64,000 bases of DNA from a virus. The stretch's first letter is position 1, and the number at the start of each line of letters is the position of its first letter. Both the position numbers and the translations under genes were made by a program. The stretch spans positions 22,501 through 86,500 of the IMG/VR virus record IMGVR_UViG_3300028822_000042. One strand, given 5' to 3'. Positions 19,550-30,157 of the stretch are shown here, one piece after another. A model generated the notes under the pieces. It was not told where the DNA came from and ran no database searches. It saw nothing but the letters and a program-made list of their open reading frames with translations.

Positions 19550-19552
19550 TAA

Positions 19553-22500
19553 ATGACAAAGAAGAAAAAACCAACTCGTGAAGAGCACCTAAAGTATATG
19601 AAGACAGACACTTCATCTATACTTGGTAAGTTAGGTTCTTTTCCTGTACGTAGGTTACATCAAGAAAGAGACTATTCTACCTCTCCTCGCACATCACTTA
19701 GATATATATCATCTACGATTGAGAGAAGTCGTCCTTCATTTGATAAAGCAAGAACAACTGGATTTGATTATAATCCAGGTTATGTAATTCCTTCAGACAT
19801 TGAGTTAAATACAGGTTTTAGTGACGAAAGAGAACTTCAGTTAGAGAACGACTTTGCTGAACCTATTAGCAGTGAATCTATTGAAGGCGGAACAAATAGA
19901 CCTGATCTACTAGAGCAAGAAATAGAAGAAGCTATTTCTAAAGATACTAAGCTAGCTACAAAATTTTCTTTTAATACTTTTTCAGATGATTTTCTCATCA
20001 TAAATGATGTCTTTCTCTATAACGTTCCTACAGCAAGTATCTCAATTCGGTCACAAACTGATGTTTTTGTTGGTGAGACACTTAGAACTAGAGCACCTGT
20101 AATCTCTACAGAAGGTCGACAAGATTTCATTTTGAATTTAAGTTTAGTCTTTAATCCTGGTAGAGAACAAACAGAAGATTTACGTAGACTTATATCTGAA
20201 CTATCAAGACATCCTCTTGTCTTTATCTTCAATAACAAAGTTAGAAAGTCAATTGGTGTTGGTGAATTCGACACCACAATGTTTATTCTTGAAGCGGGTA
20301 CACTTAGAAGCTCATCTGAATCTGTAGGTGCTGTAGTACTAGATTTACAGATGCACTATTTCAATCATAAACCTTTCAGCAATAACTTCTTCTTCAACGC
20401 GAAGATGCCCGGTATTTCATATTCTTCTGAGATTGAAGACTCAAAGGCAAGAGAGCCACTTAGTTTAGATAGTCTTGAAGGATATGAGTCGTCTGATTAT
20501 ATTCTTGACCAAAAAGCACAAGATATAAGAGAAAGAATAAGAAAGAGTGTTACTCAAGTTGCAGATTCTAAGACAAGAAATATTCCTGTAAACTTTCCTT
20601 CAGAGTCTGATTCTTGGAAGTATTATGCAGATCATCTTACTGATTTGACTCCTATCATCTCTGAGAAGCCATCAGACTATATGAGCTTTTCTGTTAAGGT
20701 CTTCGAAGTAAAAGACCCTCCTAAAGAAGCAAAACAAGGACTTGGTACGATTCAGGGCGCCTTAACAAGCACAGTTACTCGTCCTTCTGTCAAGTCTATG
20801 TATGATGCTACTAAGCCTCTTCCTGAATCCAAAACATACCAACAGAAAGAGGTAGAGGCTACGTATGATTCTAATGTACAGCCATCTGCTCTTGAAGGCA
20901 CACCTATTGATTTTTATAGTTATGACTCTGGCAGGTCTGACAGTATTATACTTACTGCTTCTCCTGGTGTTGTTCATAGTGATGCCTCAAGTAGACTTTC
21001 TGATTTAATTAATGTTGGGAAGGATGAAGGCGCCCCTGCAATTCAACCTGGATTAATTCTACATATGCAAAAAGTAGCTAATAGATTTCCAGGTAGAAAA
21101 ATTTTAGTTAATTCAGGTTCCAGGTTTCCTAAAAACCCAGAGAAATTCTATTCTAAACCAGTAGAGAGAAGAAGTAGACATGCTACTGGAAACGCCATGG
21201 ACTTTAAGGTTCAAGGCGTATCAAATAGAGAACTTTTTAAGTTCTTAAGAACTCTTCCTAATTGTGGATCAGGATACTATCCTAATTCTACATTCTGCCA
21301 TGCTGATTATAGATCTAGAAAGGATTATTGGGTTGATATTTCTGGCCCGGGAGAAAAATCACATTATCTTAGAGGCCAAGACAGAGCAGATTACCTTAGA
21401 CAACATGTCTATGATGGGTCTGCACAATCAGACAATGTAGAGGCAGAAGCCGACAAGAGAAGTCGTCAGGCTAAATCAAAACCTCATGAGCAACGTAAAG
21501 ATGCTGCCGCTCCTAAATCAAGTGAATACGCTAAACAAGAAGAAGAATTATACAAGAAACAAACAAAACAAGATCCTTCTATTGGACATAAAGTAAACGA
21601 CCCAGTAAAGAGGTCGTGGCAGGCTAGAGCTGATTGGATAGAAAAACTCTATAGAGAAGGAGGTTGGATCTATTATTCAGGAGAAGATAATAAGATAAGA
21701 AATGTATTCTATAAGGAGTACTCTGTAGAAATCTCTTCTGGTATAGATTCAAATAGAGATCCTGACATTCTTAGAAATATTGTTTGTTCTGCAATCTCAA
21801 TTCAGTTTGGTCATAGAATTGCTCCTATGAGATTGCTTAGTCAACATACATACACTTATCAATTTCTTGGCGCTGGTAATAAATCTGGACAAATGGTTTT
21901 TACTTTCTCTGGCAAGAAAGGTCGTGAGTCTGCAGATGCTCTGAAGAGACTAATTATTTTTGCTAGAGATAATGCAAGAAATTTTGGAGGTGTAATCAAA
22001 GAAGCAGGAACTATATATATAAATGGCCTCAACTACAATAATGGAGACACTAATACAATTCTGTCTCTGCTTAATATAGAGAATATCATTATTACAGATA
22101 TTAAGGAGTCTTCTCTTCCGGACTCTGTAGATAAACACCAACTTGTACTTGAGTTTATTATTCAGGATTTTCAAGAAGAGACTTTTGAAAAACTATTTGT
22201 TGAATCTGTTGAGAATAGAAGAAGAATAATAAAACAAATATTTAAGTATCTTACTAGAAACAAATATGGTGTGGTTCCTGTCCCTTCAGTGGCCACCTAT
22301 GATCCATCTCAATATAGACCGTATGTTTTAAACAAGGAGACTCCTTCTTGGGTTTCAAGTATTATTAGCAGAGCGGCTACTATAACTAGAAATATAGAGA
22401 AGCAGATGCCTCCTCTTGACTGGAAGTTAGAGCCTAGATCTTCAAGAACATGGAGAGACATATATGCAGAGTGGGGAGCTGATAAAGTAATAAAGGGAGA

Positions 22501-25500
22501 CTATTCAAATGTCTCTTCTTCAGACTTCAATGCTTCTTCTTTAACTGTAGGTAGAAGTGTGTCTTTGTCTGCAGTTCAAGACCTAACAGAAAGACGCAAG
22601 TTCGAGAGTAATGGAGGATCAGAAACCAACAATACTCATAATGATCTATATAGAGAATGGCTATCACAGATGACCAACCTCACTAAAGAGGTCAAGAAGT
22701 ATATAGAAGACGAGAAGAACTTTGAAAAGTACTTTGGTTCTCTTGGTGATGATTTATTAGATGCTGTTACTCAGACTATGGGTGAGTGCTATGGAGATAT
22801 GCTTCTTCCTAATCTTCCACATGCTAACATTCCCGTACCTCCAGAATTCTATGTCTATGACGACTCAGATGAAAGCCCTATCTTATCCAATATTACAGAC
22901 CCTGCTAATATGGAGAAGTTTTTAAAAGAACATATTAGGAATGAAGTTCAATCTATATCTTTGTACATGAGAGAACGTTGGCTTGGTGGATCATACTTAG
23001 CAAAGAATCTTCCTCGTATATTAGAAAATAGGAAATATTACGATAGACAGATGCAAGGAGAGTTTGATTTTATAGATAATTTTTGGAAGATATATCAAGA
23101 AGGAGCAACAGCTTGGGAACCAATAACATATAAAGAGGACCCTTCTATTGATAACAATTCTCAAGTTAAGAAGTGGAAAGAATTTACTTATGCTGGTATA
23201 GGAGCCACTAATCCTGAAGACGCTAGATTTAAATACATGGAAAGTCTTGTTGGCTTAAGTCAATATCTTAATAAAGGTAGACATTGGCAAACAAGTTATA
23301 CTGAACAAGATAACCGTAACCTAGTGACAAATATATATGGCGACCTGTATGATAAGACATCTTTTGGTCCCAATCCACAATATAACAAAGCAGATGCTGC
23401 ATCTAATGGCAAAGCTCTTCCAGAACGAACACTAACTCAGATACAAGCGATAACAAACCAAGCGTATTCTAAAGTAGCTAAAGACAATAATGTAGCTATT
23501 CCTATTGGTTCTGATAGAACCGCGTTACCAAACGGTGATATTGTTATAGGAGACACGAAAGAAGAAAGATTAGCTGAAGAATACTCAACAAGTGTTGCTA
23601 TGATTAATGCAGCTAAAGAGAGTGTCGATAGGATGAAGAGACGCTCTCAGAATAGCTTATTGGGGTATATCGGTAGTGTTGGTGGTCTTGCTCTTGTCTC
23701 TATGCTTGATTTTACTGACACCTATGATGTTGATGCTTCTGATTTAATATATAGAGGAAATGCTGATGCTGTAAATAGAGCTAGCGCAGCACAGCATATA
23801 TCTAATGTAATTAAAACTTTAGATCATAATATTAAAGAAAACGTAGATGAAACCAACCAAGAAGACAAGATGGCATCTATGTTTGCTGGGATGGCTATTG
23901 GCTCTAAGGCAGATGATCTTAGCATTCGAAGAGCATATCCAACATTTAAAATATATTTTATTGAAGAAGACGCTCAAGATAGCGAAATGATAGATGGGAA
24001 GGTCGTCAGAGCATTTGATGACTTTTACAGTTATTCAGCTATTCAAGAAATAAAGATAACTAGGTCTCGCAAAATAGCTTCTGATCTTGCTGTTATAAGA
24101 ATGACTAATGTTGGTGGTCTTCTTCTAAGACGTAGATTTGGAGATAGAGATCCTAGACAAAATAGTACTGGTGAAATGCAAGGTGTTTTTGCAGATACCG
24201 CTAAAGAGCATCCATTTGAGAAGATGGTTCTTCAAGATGGAGTAAAGGTTCAAATCAGACTTGGTTATGCCTCAGACCCAAGTAATCTAGAGTCAGTATT
24301 TCTTGGTCAGATAGTTGAGATAGCGCCTTCAGAACATGGCAAAATCTTAGAAATAATGTGTCAGGGATATGGAGCTGAACTTGAATCTATTGAACTTGGC
24401 GAGCTAGAGGATGGACCTATATATACTAGCACTCAACAAGCTCTGTCTTCTGCTATCATTCAAGATAGCGTGTCTACATTTGGTAGACAAAGTAATTTTA
24501 ATAGATTCAATCCTGCAGAAATAAGACATGCTTGGACAGGAGGTACTGGAGATAGTATTCTTGGAAAAATAAATCCTGCTACTGCTGTCAGAGATTGGGC
24601 AGACCATAATATGGATAAACACTTCCAGAAGTACACCTTCTTGAATTTTCCTCAAGATGATAATATTTTTGCTCCTCCTCCTTCTGCTTATGCCTCAGCA
24701 TGGATGAGGTTTTATAACAATGCCTGTATCTACAGACCTTTAAAACAAACTCCATGGCAAATATTCAAAGAACATGAACTTAGACATCCTGGATATATTT
24801 CTATGGCTGTACCATATGGACATTCACCTAGAATGACAATGTTCTTTGGTTCAAAGATGCAGCACTATTGGTCTAAACCTCCTTCATCTTTAGAACTATT
24901 TGCGTCTGAGAATGCATATAATGCTCTTGTTAGAATGAGAGGCAAAGTTGCTTCAGGCGATTTTAAGTCTTTACAAGGTTTAATTAGTCGACTGACTAAA
25001 GAGTCAGGAGAAAAGCCTAAGCTTATATCTGCGATGCTTAGAGATATTGCTTTGTCTGGTGCTCCTACAAGAACATCTCAAGCAATTGCTAAAGAGACAG
25101 GAAGATATAAACCATTTAGAAACTATCATTACTTTGATAGCTATCACCATATTTTAAAAAATGAAATTCGTACTTCTACAGATGGAACATTTAATGAAGT
25201 AGAAATACTATTCTTTACTGATGAAGATGATATTCAAGAACAATATGCAGAAGATCTAATAAAAAGCATTCAAAGTCTTGGATCAAAACAGGAAGGTGTA
25301 TTTTCTGTTAAGCTAGATGAAAATATACTTGAAAGTTCACTAAGGTCTTACAGAGAAGAATTTCCGTCATGTGTCACTGTAGATATGGCAAGAAGGTATG
25401 CTCAGGGTATTTTTGCAAGACACCTTAGAGACGCCTATAAAGGAGAGCTTATTGTTCTTGGCAAAGAAACACTAAAGCCATATGATATTTGTTATCTCAA

Positions 25501-26008
25501 TGATGCAAGTATCAATATGACAGGGCCTATAGAAGTTGAAGCTGTCACTCATGTCTTTAATAGAGATAATGGATTTATTTCAATAATAACTCCTGACTTA
25601 TGTGTTGACGTAAATGATATGTTTAGTACTACTGTATTTGATGTAGCTGCTGCTGGATATAGTTCGGTATGGAGCTGGAATGATGCTTTAAACCCACCAG
25701 CGGCTATTCTTAGTTCTATTGCTGGGTTTCTTGCTATGTCTGCTGGTGTTAAACTATCAATGTGGACGCAAGATGGCGATCCTGTAGTTCCAACACCTCT
25801 AACACTTGGCGGTAAGCCTTTTATGAGTGTATCGCTTGGGCCAAATCAATCTTCATTGTTCTTGAACTTCTATGGCAAATGGGTTCAATATTGGGATGAT
25901 CTTGAAGATGCTTGGCATAAATTTGATATTGCAGAAGAAATCTTTGATAAGAGAGTTGGCTTTAGGACTAAGATTCTATCTATGTTGGGAACAGGAACAG
26001 GAGAGTAA
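19553..26008 (+). CDS. Giant baseplate hub / tail-associated lysin with Peptidase M15 (YcbK/DUF882-like) domain
   Basis: 2151 aa. Contains 'VNSGSR...SRHATGNAMDF...GYYPNSTFCHADYR'. The C-terminal part has hub-like features ('VQIRLGY', 'VFLGQIVEI', 'YKGELIVLG...LKPYD'). Confidence 0.75.
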   Translation: MTKKKKPTREEHLKYMKTDTSSILGKLGSFPVRRLHQERDYSTSPRTSLRYISSTIERSRPSFDKARTTGFDYNPGYVIPSDIELNTGFSDERELQLENDFAEPISSESIEGGTNRPDLLEQEIEEAISKDTKLATKFSFNTFSDDFLIINDVFLYNVPTASISIRSQTDVFVGETLRTRAPVISTEGRQDFILNLSLVFNPGREQTEDLRRLISELSRHPLVFIFNNKVRKSIGVGEFDTTMFILEAGTLRSSSESVGAVVLDLQMHYFNHKPFSNNFFFNAKMPGISYSSEIEDSKAREPLSLDSLEGYESSDYILDQKAQDIRERIRKSVTQVADSKTRNIPVNFPSESDSWKYYADHLTDLTPIISEKPSDYMSFSVKVFEVKDPPKEAKQGLGTIQGALTSTVTRPSVKSMYDATKPLPESKTYQQKEVEATYDSNVQPSALEGTPIDFYSYDSGRSDSIILTASPGVVHSDASSRLSDLINVGKDEGAPAIQPGLILHMQKVANRFPGRKILVNSGSRFPKNPEKFYSKPVERRSRHATGNAMDFKVQGVSNRELFKFLRTLPNCGSGYYPNSTFCHADYRSRKDYWVDISGPGEKSHYLRGQDRADYLRQHVYDGSAQSDNVEAEADKRSRQAKSKPHEQRKDAAAPKSSEYAKQEEELYKKQTKQDPSIGHKVNDPVKRSWQARADWIEKLYREGGWIYYSGEDNKIRNVFYKEYSVEISSGIDSNRDPDILRNIVCSAISIQFGHRIAPMRLLSQHTYTYQFLGAGNKSGQMVFTFSGKKGRESADALKRLIIFARDNARNFGGVIKEAGTIYINGLNYNNGDTNTILSLLNIENIIITDIKESSLPDSVDKHQLVLEFIIQDFQEETFEKLFVESVENRRRIIKQIFKYLTRNKYGVVPVPSVATYDPSQYRPYVLNKETPSWVSSIISRAATITRNIEKQMPPLDWKLEPRSSRTWRDIYAEWGADKVIKGDYSNVSSSDFNASSLTVGRSVSLSAVQDLTERRKFESNGGSETNNTHNDLYREWLSQMTNLTKEVKKYIEDEKNFEKYFGSLGDDLLDAVTQTMGECYGDMLLPNLPHANIPVPPEFYVYDDSDESPILSNITDPANMEKFLKEHIRNEVQSISLYMRERWLGGSYLAKNLPRILENRKYYDRQMQGEFDFIDNFWKIYQEGATAWEPITYKEDPSIDNNSQVKKWKEFTYAGIGATNPEDARFKYMESLVGLSQYLNKGRHWQTSYTEQDNRNLVTNIYGDLYDKTSFGPNPQYNKADAASNGKALPERTLTQIQAITNQAYSKVAKDNNVAIPIGSDRTALPNGDIVIGDTKEERLAEEYSTSVAMINAAKESVDRMKRRSQNSLLGYIGSVGGLALVSMLDFTDTYDVDASDLIYRGNADAVNRASAAQHISNVIKTLDHNIKENVDETNQEDKMASMFAGMAIGSKADDLSIRRAYPTFKIYFIEEDAQDSEMIDGKVVRAFDDFYSYSAIQEIKITRSRKIASDLAVIRMTNVGGLLLRRRFGDRDPRQNSTGEMQGVFADTAKEHPFEKMVLQDGVKVQIRLGYASDPSNLESVFLGQIVEIAPSEHGKILEIMCQGYGAELESIELGELEDGPIYTSTQQALSSAIIQDSVSTFGRQSNFNRFNPAEIRHAWTGGTGDSILGKINPATAVRDWADHNMDKHFQKYTFLNFPQDDNIFAPPPSAYASAWMRFYNNACIYRPLKQTPWQIFKEHELRHPGYISMAVPYGHSPRMTMFFGSKMQHYWSKPPSSLELFASENAYNALVRMRGKVASGDFKSLQGLISRLTKESGEKPKLISAMLRDIALSGAPTRTSQAIAKETGRYKPFRNYHYFDSYHHILKNEIRTSTDGTFNEVEILFFTDEDDIQEQYAEDLIKSIQSLGSKQEGVFSVKLDENILESSLRSYREEFPSCVTVDMARRYAQGIFARHLRDAYKGELIVLGKETLKPYDICYLNDASINMTGPIEVEAVTHVFNRDNGFISIITPDLCVDVNDMFSTTVFDVAAAGYSSVWSWNDALNPPAAILSSIAGFLAMSAGVKLSMWTQDGDPVVPTPLTLGGKPFMSVSLGPNQSSLFLNFYGKWVQYWDDLEDAWHKFDIAEEIFDKRVGFRTKILSMLGTGTGE

Positions 26009-26010
26009 TT

Positions 26011-26439
26011 TTGCCTAGAATATATGGCGGTCATACAAATCTTGGTTCTCAGATTAATAATATATCTCAGAAGACTGCTCAGACTAATACAAGCAGAGCA
26101 AGACAGAAGAGAGCTATTATCAAGAAGAGCTATAATAACATGTATGTCTTTTATATGGATCTTCTTGATTCTAGAGGAAAGATTGAGAGAACTACAGGGC
26201 CTATTCCTATTGTTGGATCACCAGAAGATTTAGCTATGAGGTATGGCTCTCCATCAGAGATGGAAGGTTTGTGGGAAGTACTTATCTCTTATAAGGGGCC
26301 TTCTGTTACTACTGGCAGCGCTCAGATTATTAGAAGAGTTGGCTCTACATATGGTGGACAGATTGAAAACACAGAACAATCTAACCAAGTTCCTCTTAAG
26401 GGGGTAGCATATGCACCTCCTGGGTCTGGAATGATATAA
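26011..26439 (+). CDS. Hypothetical baseplate protein
   Basis: 142 aa, TTG start after AGGAG; fills the gap between hub and wedge genes. Confidence 0.6.
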   Translation: MPRIYGGHTNLGSQINNISQKTAQTNTSRARQKRAIIKKSYNNMYVFYMDLLDSRGKIERTTGPIPIVGSPEDLAMRYGSPSEMEGLWEVLISYKGPSVTTGSAQIIRRVGSTYGGQIENTEQSNQVPLKGVAYAPPGSGMI

Positions 26440-26456
26440 TAAGTCTGGAGAAAGCT

Positions 26457-26795
26457 ATGGGAACTAAAGTAATAAAGTCAAATGCTGAATCTGATGCTGG
26501 TGTTGTTGTCTCTGATACTGTCGTCCGCATGAACGTAAACAAAGACAATGGTGTAATGGTTGACGAGAGAGGGACAACAATAACTGGTCCTATCAGCATA
26601 GCTTCTGCTACAAATCATATACGTGTTGGTGGCTTGTGGACTTTTAATACTCCTATAAATCTCTCTTTGCCATCGACTATAGCCACACCAACACCTGTGT
26701 TAATGGTCGACCCTCCAATGAAGCAGTATGCAAACTTGATGAAGGATGCAGCTGTCATGATAGGCTTGATTGGTAGTCTTACAGCAGTAGGATAA
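26457..26795 (+). CDS. Hypothetical baseplate protein (possibly spike-related)
   Basis: 112 aa, beta-rich, GGAG RBS; call based on synteny. Confidence 0.55.
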   Translation: MGTKVIKSNAESDAGVVVSDTVVRMNVNKDNGVMVDERGTTITGPISIASATNHIRVGGLWTFNTPINLSLPSTIATPTPVLMVDPPMKQYANLMKDAAVMIGLIGSLTAVG

Positions 26796-26796
26796 T

Positions 26797-27237
26797 ATGG
26801 CTAAAATATATGACAATACTGATTTAACATGGACTTCTCGTGGAGATTTTGTTGTAGGACATGATGGTGATATCTCAGATACTTCTGCCGACCCACTAAG
26901 GTCTATATATCAGGAGATTCGCACAAGGGTTATGTCTGGTATTGGAGATTGGGCCTTCTATCAAGACGTAGGTGCCTCATTGTCCGACTTTGTTGGCGAG
27001 CCTAATAACAAAGTTACTGCTGAAGCCATTAAAACTAGAATTATTTCATCTGTGGCTAGACATGGTCTGGTTGCTAGAGAAGATATATCTATTAGATACA
27101 TGCCTGTAGATATAGATCAGATCTTATTTCGTGTTTCTTTGAGTGTTATGCCTACAGCTCAGAATGCTGGCAGTGCTTATTTGCAAATCAATCTTCTCTA
27201 CAATTACGCTGAGAATAACGTTTATACTGTCATATAG
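26797..27237 (+). CDS. Baseplate wedge / sheath initiator (gp25-like)
   Basis: 'GDF...DGDI...Q.IRTR...GDW..Y..VGASLSDFVGEPN' pattern; directly upstream of the baseplate J gene. Confidence 0.75.
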   Translation: MAKIYDNTDLTWTSRGDFVVGHDGDISDTSADPLRSIYQEIRTRVMSGIGDWAFYQDVGASLSDFVGEPNNKVTAEAIKTRIISSVARHGLVAREDISIRYMPVDIDQILFRVSLSVMPTAQNAGSAYLQINLLYNYAENNVYTVI

Positions 27238-27247
27238 GAGCTGATCT

Positions 27248-28510
27248 ATGGCGTTTTTTGATAGGACACAACAACAGATAATTTCTGCTTCTCTAGATAG
27301 ACTTTCAGAAAATACAGAGATTACTCAGCTTGCTCCTGGTAGTAAGATGAGATTCCTTATAGATACATTTGCCGAAGAACAAGCTTCTCAGCATACAACA
27401 TTCGATGAGAACCTTATGCAGGCTTTCATTAAGTATGCTGATGGTAAGTTTCTAGATTTCTTCGGTGATATGTTAAATGCTCCACGCTATGAAGCCACTC
27501 ACGCATACACAGAAGACAATAATTTCATGTTCTATGTTAGCAGTGGTGTGTTTGGTGATATCAATGGAGGTGTTGATTTTGTTATACCTTACAATACAAA
27601 TGTCTCAACAGTTCCATTTGATGGCCAAATAATTACTCCTGGTATTACTGAATACGATCAGATCTCATACGTAACCACTGCAGATGTTACTTGTTCTGCA
27701 TCTGATTCCTTTGTTTATGCGCCAATCAGAGCAACTGTTGAAGGAGCTGGCTCTGATGTCCCAAGAGGAGTCCTTAATCAACATGACTTCTCGAATTACG
27801 TTCTAAACAATACAGCTTCTCTCAGGTGCACAAACAAGTATTCTATTTCTAGTGGCCGAGATAGAGAAAGTAATGAGTCCTATAGGTTTAGGCTTACTGA
27901 ACTTTTCAGAGCTAGACAGTTAGCTATATATCCTTCAATTAGATTAGCTGCTTTAAGTGTGCCCGGTGTGGCTGATATAAAGATGGTTAATTGCGAACAA
28001 GGACCTGGTAGCTTTTCTGTTTATATTAAGTCTCTATCCTCAACTCCAAGTCCTAGACTTATTGATGAAGTCTCTACAAATGTCGCTGCTGTGTCTTCCT
28101 ATGGAGTCAGACCTTTTGTTCTTGCTCCAGAGCCAATAGGTCTAGAGTTTGTTGCTGCTGTTTTGTGGTCTCCTAGAGCAACACAGGCCCAAGTTGCTGA
28201 AGGCTACAATCAGATGAGACTTGCTTTAGAGGACGAGCTAAACAATAAAGATATTGGAGAAGAGATAGTCTTTTCAGACCTTATAGATGTCTTGTTGTCT
28301 GCAAGTCCATATGCAAATAGTATTGGTCTTAATCGACCAAACAAGTTTGAAGAAGTTTATGCTTATAGAGCTGATCCTTCAGGACAAAATACAGCTATAA
28401 GAAATTTAGTCAAATCAGACAGAATTGTTCCTCTCTATAACGAGAGAGCTATTCTTGAGACATCAGGCAGATTTAGAGGCATTCAATTCTTAACCCGTCA
28501 GCAGGTATAA
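27248..28510 (+). CDS. Baseplate J-like wedge protein
   Basis: 'PGSKMR', 'ADGKFLDFFG', 'GRDRESNESYRFR', 'ALSVPGVAD', 'GPGSFSVYI'. Confidence 0.88.
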   Translation: MAFFDRTQQQIISASLDRLSENTEITQLAPGSKMRFLIDTFAEEQASQHTTFDENLMQAFIKYADGKFLDFFGDMLNAPRYEATHAYTEDNNFMFYVSSGVFGDINGGVDFVIPYNTNVSTVPFDGQIITPGITEYDQISYVTTADVTCSASDSFVYAPIRATVEGAGSDVPRGVLNQHDFSNYVLNNTASLRCTNKYSISSGRDRESNESYRFRLTELFRARQLAIYPSIRLAALSVPGVADIKMVNCEQGPGSFSVYIKSLSSTPSPRLIDEVSTNVAAVSSYGVRPFVLAPEPIGLEFVAAVLWSPRATQAQVAEGYNQMRLALEDELNNKDIGEEIVFSDLIDVLLSASPYANSIGLNRPNKFEEVYAYRADPSGQNTAIRNLVKSDRIVPLYNERAILETSGRFRGIQFLTRQQV

Positions 28511-28513
28511 AAC

Positions 28514-30157
28514 ATGACAAAACTTGGATCATATCCATCTCATAGATACTCTAGATCATGGATTACCCAGAGACTTATGAATCGTGCTCCAGAGTGGACT
28601 GATATTAGGAAGAATCATGCCTCTGTAGGTCAACAAGTTGTAAACTCTATGGCTCTTGATATCCAAGATACATATCAACAGCTTTCGCAGGAGAGGTATA
28701 ATACCTTTGTCTCTACTGCTGATGTGTCTATGCTGGATATGCTCTATAGGTTTGATCTTACTCCAGGCATGTCCTTCAACCATACAGAAGATTCTTCTGG
28801 TACAGTAAAATATATACCGCCTACTGTTTATGCCACGATTAGCAATACTGAGCATCAGATAACTCAAGCAGAGAATAATGACATAAATTCTTTAGCCTAT
28901 GATTGCTTGCCATCAAGAGTAGAGGATGGGGCTGTCTCATATGCGTATGATGATGTAGTTACAGCCACTTCTGTTGCTAGTTTGGCATCCATAACTCCAA
29001 ATTCTCTACCTATTAATGGCCATCTATATATTACTATCAGGAACAATACTACTTGGAGTATAACGTTCAGAGATACTATATATTATCCTAAGATCTATAT
29101 AACAGGAACAACTCGTAAGGGAACTTCTGTTACTGAAGCCCTTCCTCTAAGATACAATGGTACTTTTAGAACCGTAAATGAATGGCAATCTGTATCTTCT
29201 GTATTTGTAAGCTATGTTGACTCTACAGCTACAATAGAAATAGAGTCTCTTCCTTTTAGTGCAGATGCTCTTATTGATAAGAGAAACATTTCTGTACCTG
29301 TAGCATTAGGTGAGAGATTTCAATTCCTAAAGTTAGGCACTAGGGTATTTGGATCTACTTTAATAGCAGAAGCCTACACTCTTAGTGATATGGATGTGGT
29401 TAGAGAATCAGGTGTAGATGACAGAGATATACAGTATGAAATTGAATTGCTTGATGAAAGCGAGTCAAATGTAGACCTTACTGGTCATGTGTTTAAAACC
29501 AATTCTAGATTTATGTATGCAGTAGATTCTGACTACTTCTACGTATATGATGTATCTCTTCCTTACGCAGACGCTAAAGACATGTTAGGTCAGAGTTCAG
29601 AGACTAAAATAGATTTGTATTCTGATAGGTGGTCATATGCTCGGAATGAATTAGCTACTATCAAGACAAGAAATCTTGCTGTCTTTGACCCTCCATGGAG
29701 AGTTAGATGGACTCTTCTGGATCCTGATGATGATGAGTATTATATGGGGTTAGATGGTTCCCTCTGGCCAACAACCACTGATGCTTGGATACCAAACTTA
29801 CAATATGAAGACGGCAAATGGAGAGAACAAGAGATTGAGTTTCAGCTTACTAAAACAGGTAGGTATATTGTTTCTATAGAAGCTTCATATCTTAATGAAG
29901 ACACAGGCGAACTCACTACTCTCACTACTAAGTATCTCTTCTTTGTTCCATCAATAACACCTGAAACTCAAATTGAACTTCCTTCAACTCTTAAAAGCCC
30001 TGACGGTATCAGTATAGATTCGGATGGTAGAGCATGGCTCTTAAAATATGGTAGTATAAACTTGTTAAATGTCTATCATGATTATTTTTTAGTCGATTAT
30101 GAGAGGAATAGAGTTTGGTTTAAAGAGGATTACTCTTCTGTCAGGGTGATTGTATAA
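28514..30157 (+). CDS. Baseplate structural protein
   Basis: 547 aa; follows baseplate J; tightly coupled to neighbours. Confidence 0.6.
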   Translation: MTKLGSYPSHRYSRSWITQRLMNRAPEWTDIRKNHASVGQQVVNSMALDIQDTYQQLSQERYNTFVSTADVSMLDMLYRFDLTPGMSFNHTEDSSGTVKYIPPTVYATISNTEHQITQAENNDINSLAYDCLPSRVEDGAVSYAYDDVVTATSVASLASITPNSLPINGHLYITIRNNTTWSITFRDTIYYPKIYITGTTRKGTSVTEALPLRYNGTFRTVNEWQSVSSVFVSYVDSTATIEIESLPFSADALIDKRNISVPVALGERFQFLKLGTRVFGSTLIAEAYTLSDMDVVRESGVDDRDIQYEIELLDESESNVDLTGHVFKTNSRFMYAVDSDYFYVYDVSLPYADAKDMLGQSSETKIDLYSDRWSYARNELATIKTRNLAVFDPPWRVRWTLLDPDDDEYYMGLDGSLWPTTTDAWIPNLQYEDGKWREQEIEFQLTKTGRYIVSIEASYLNEDTGELTTLTTKYLFFVPSITPETQIELPSTLKSPDGISIDSDGRAWLLKYGSINLLNVYHDYFLVDYERNRVWFKEDYSSVRVIV

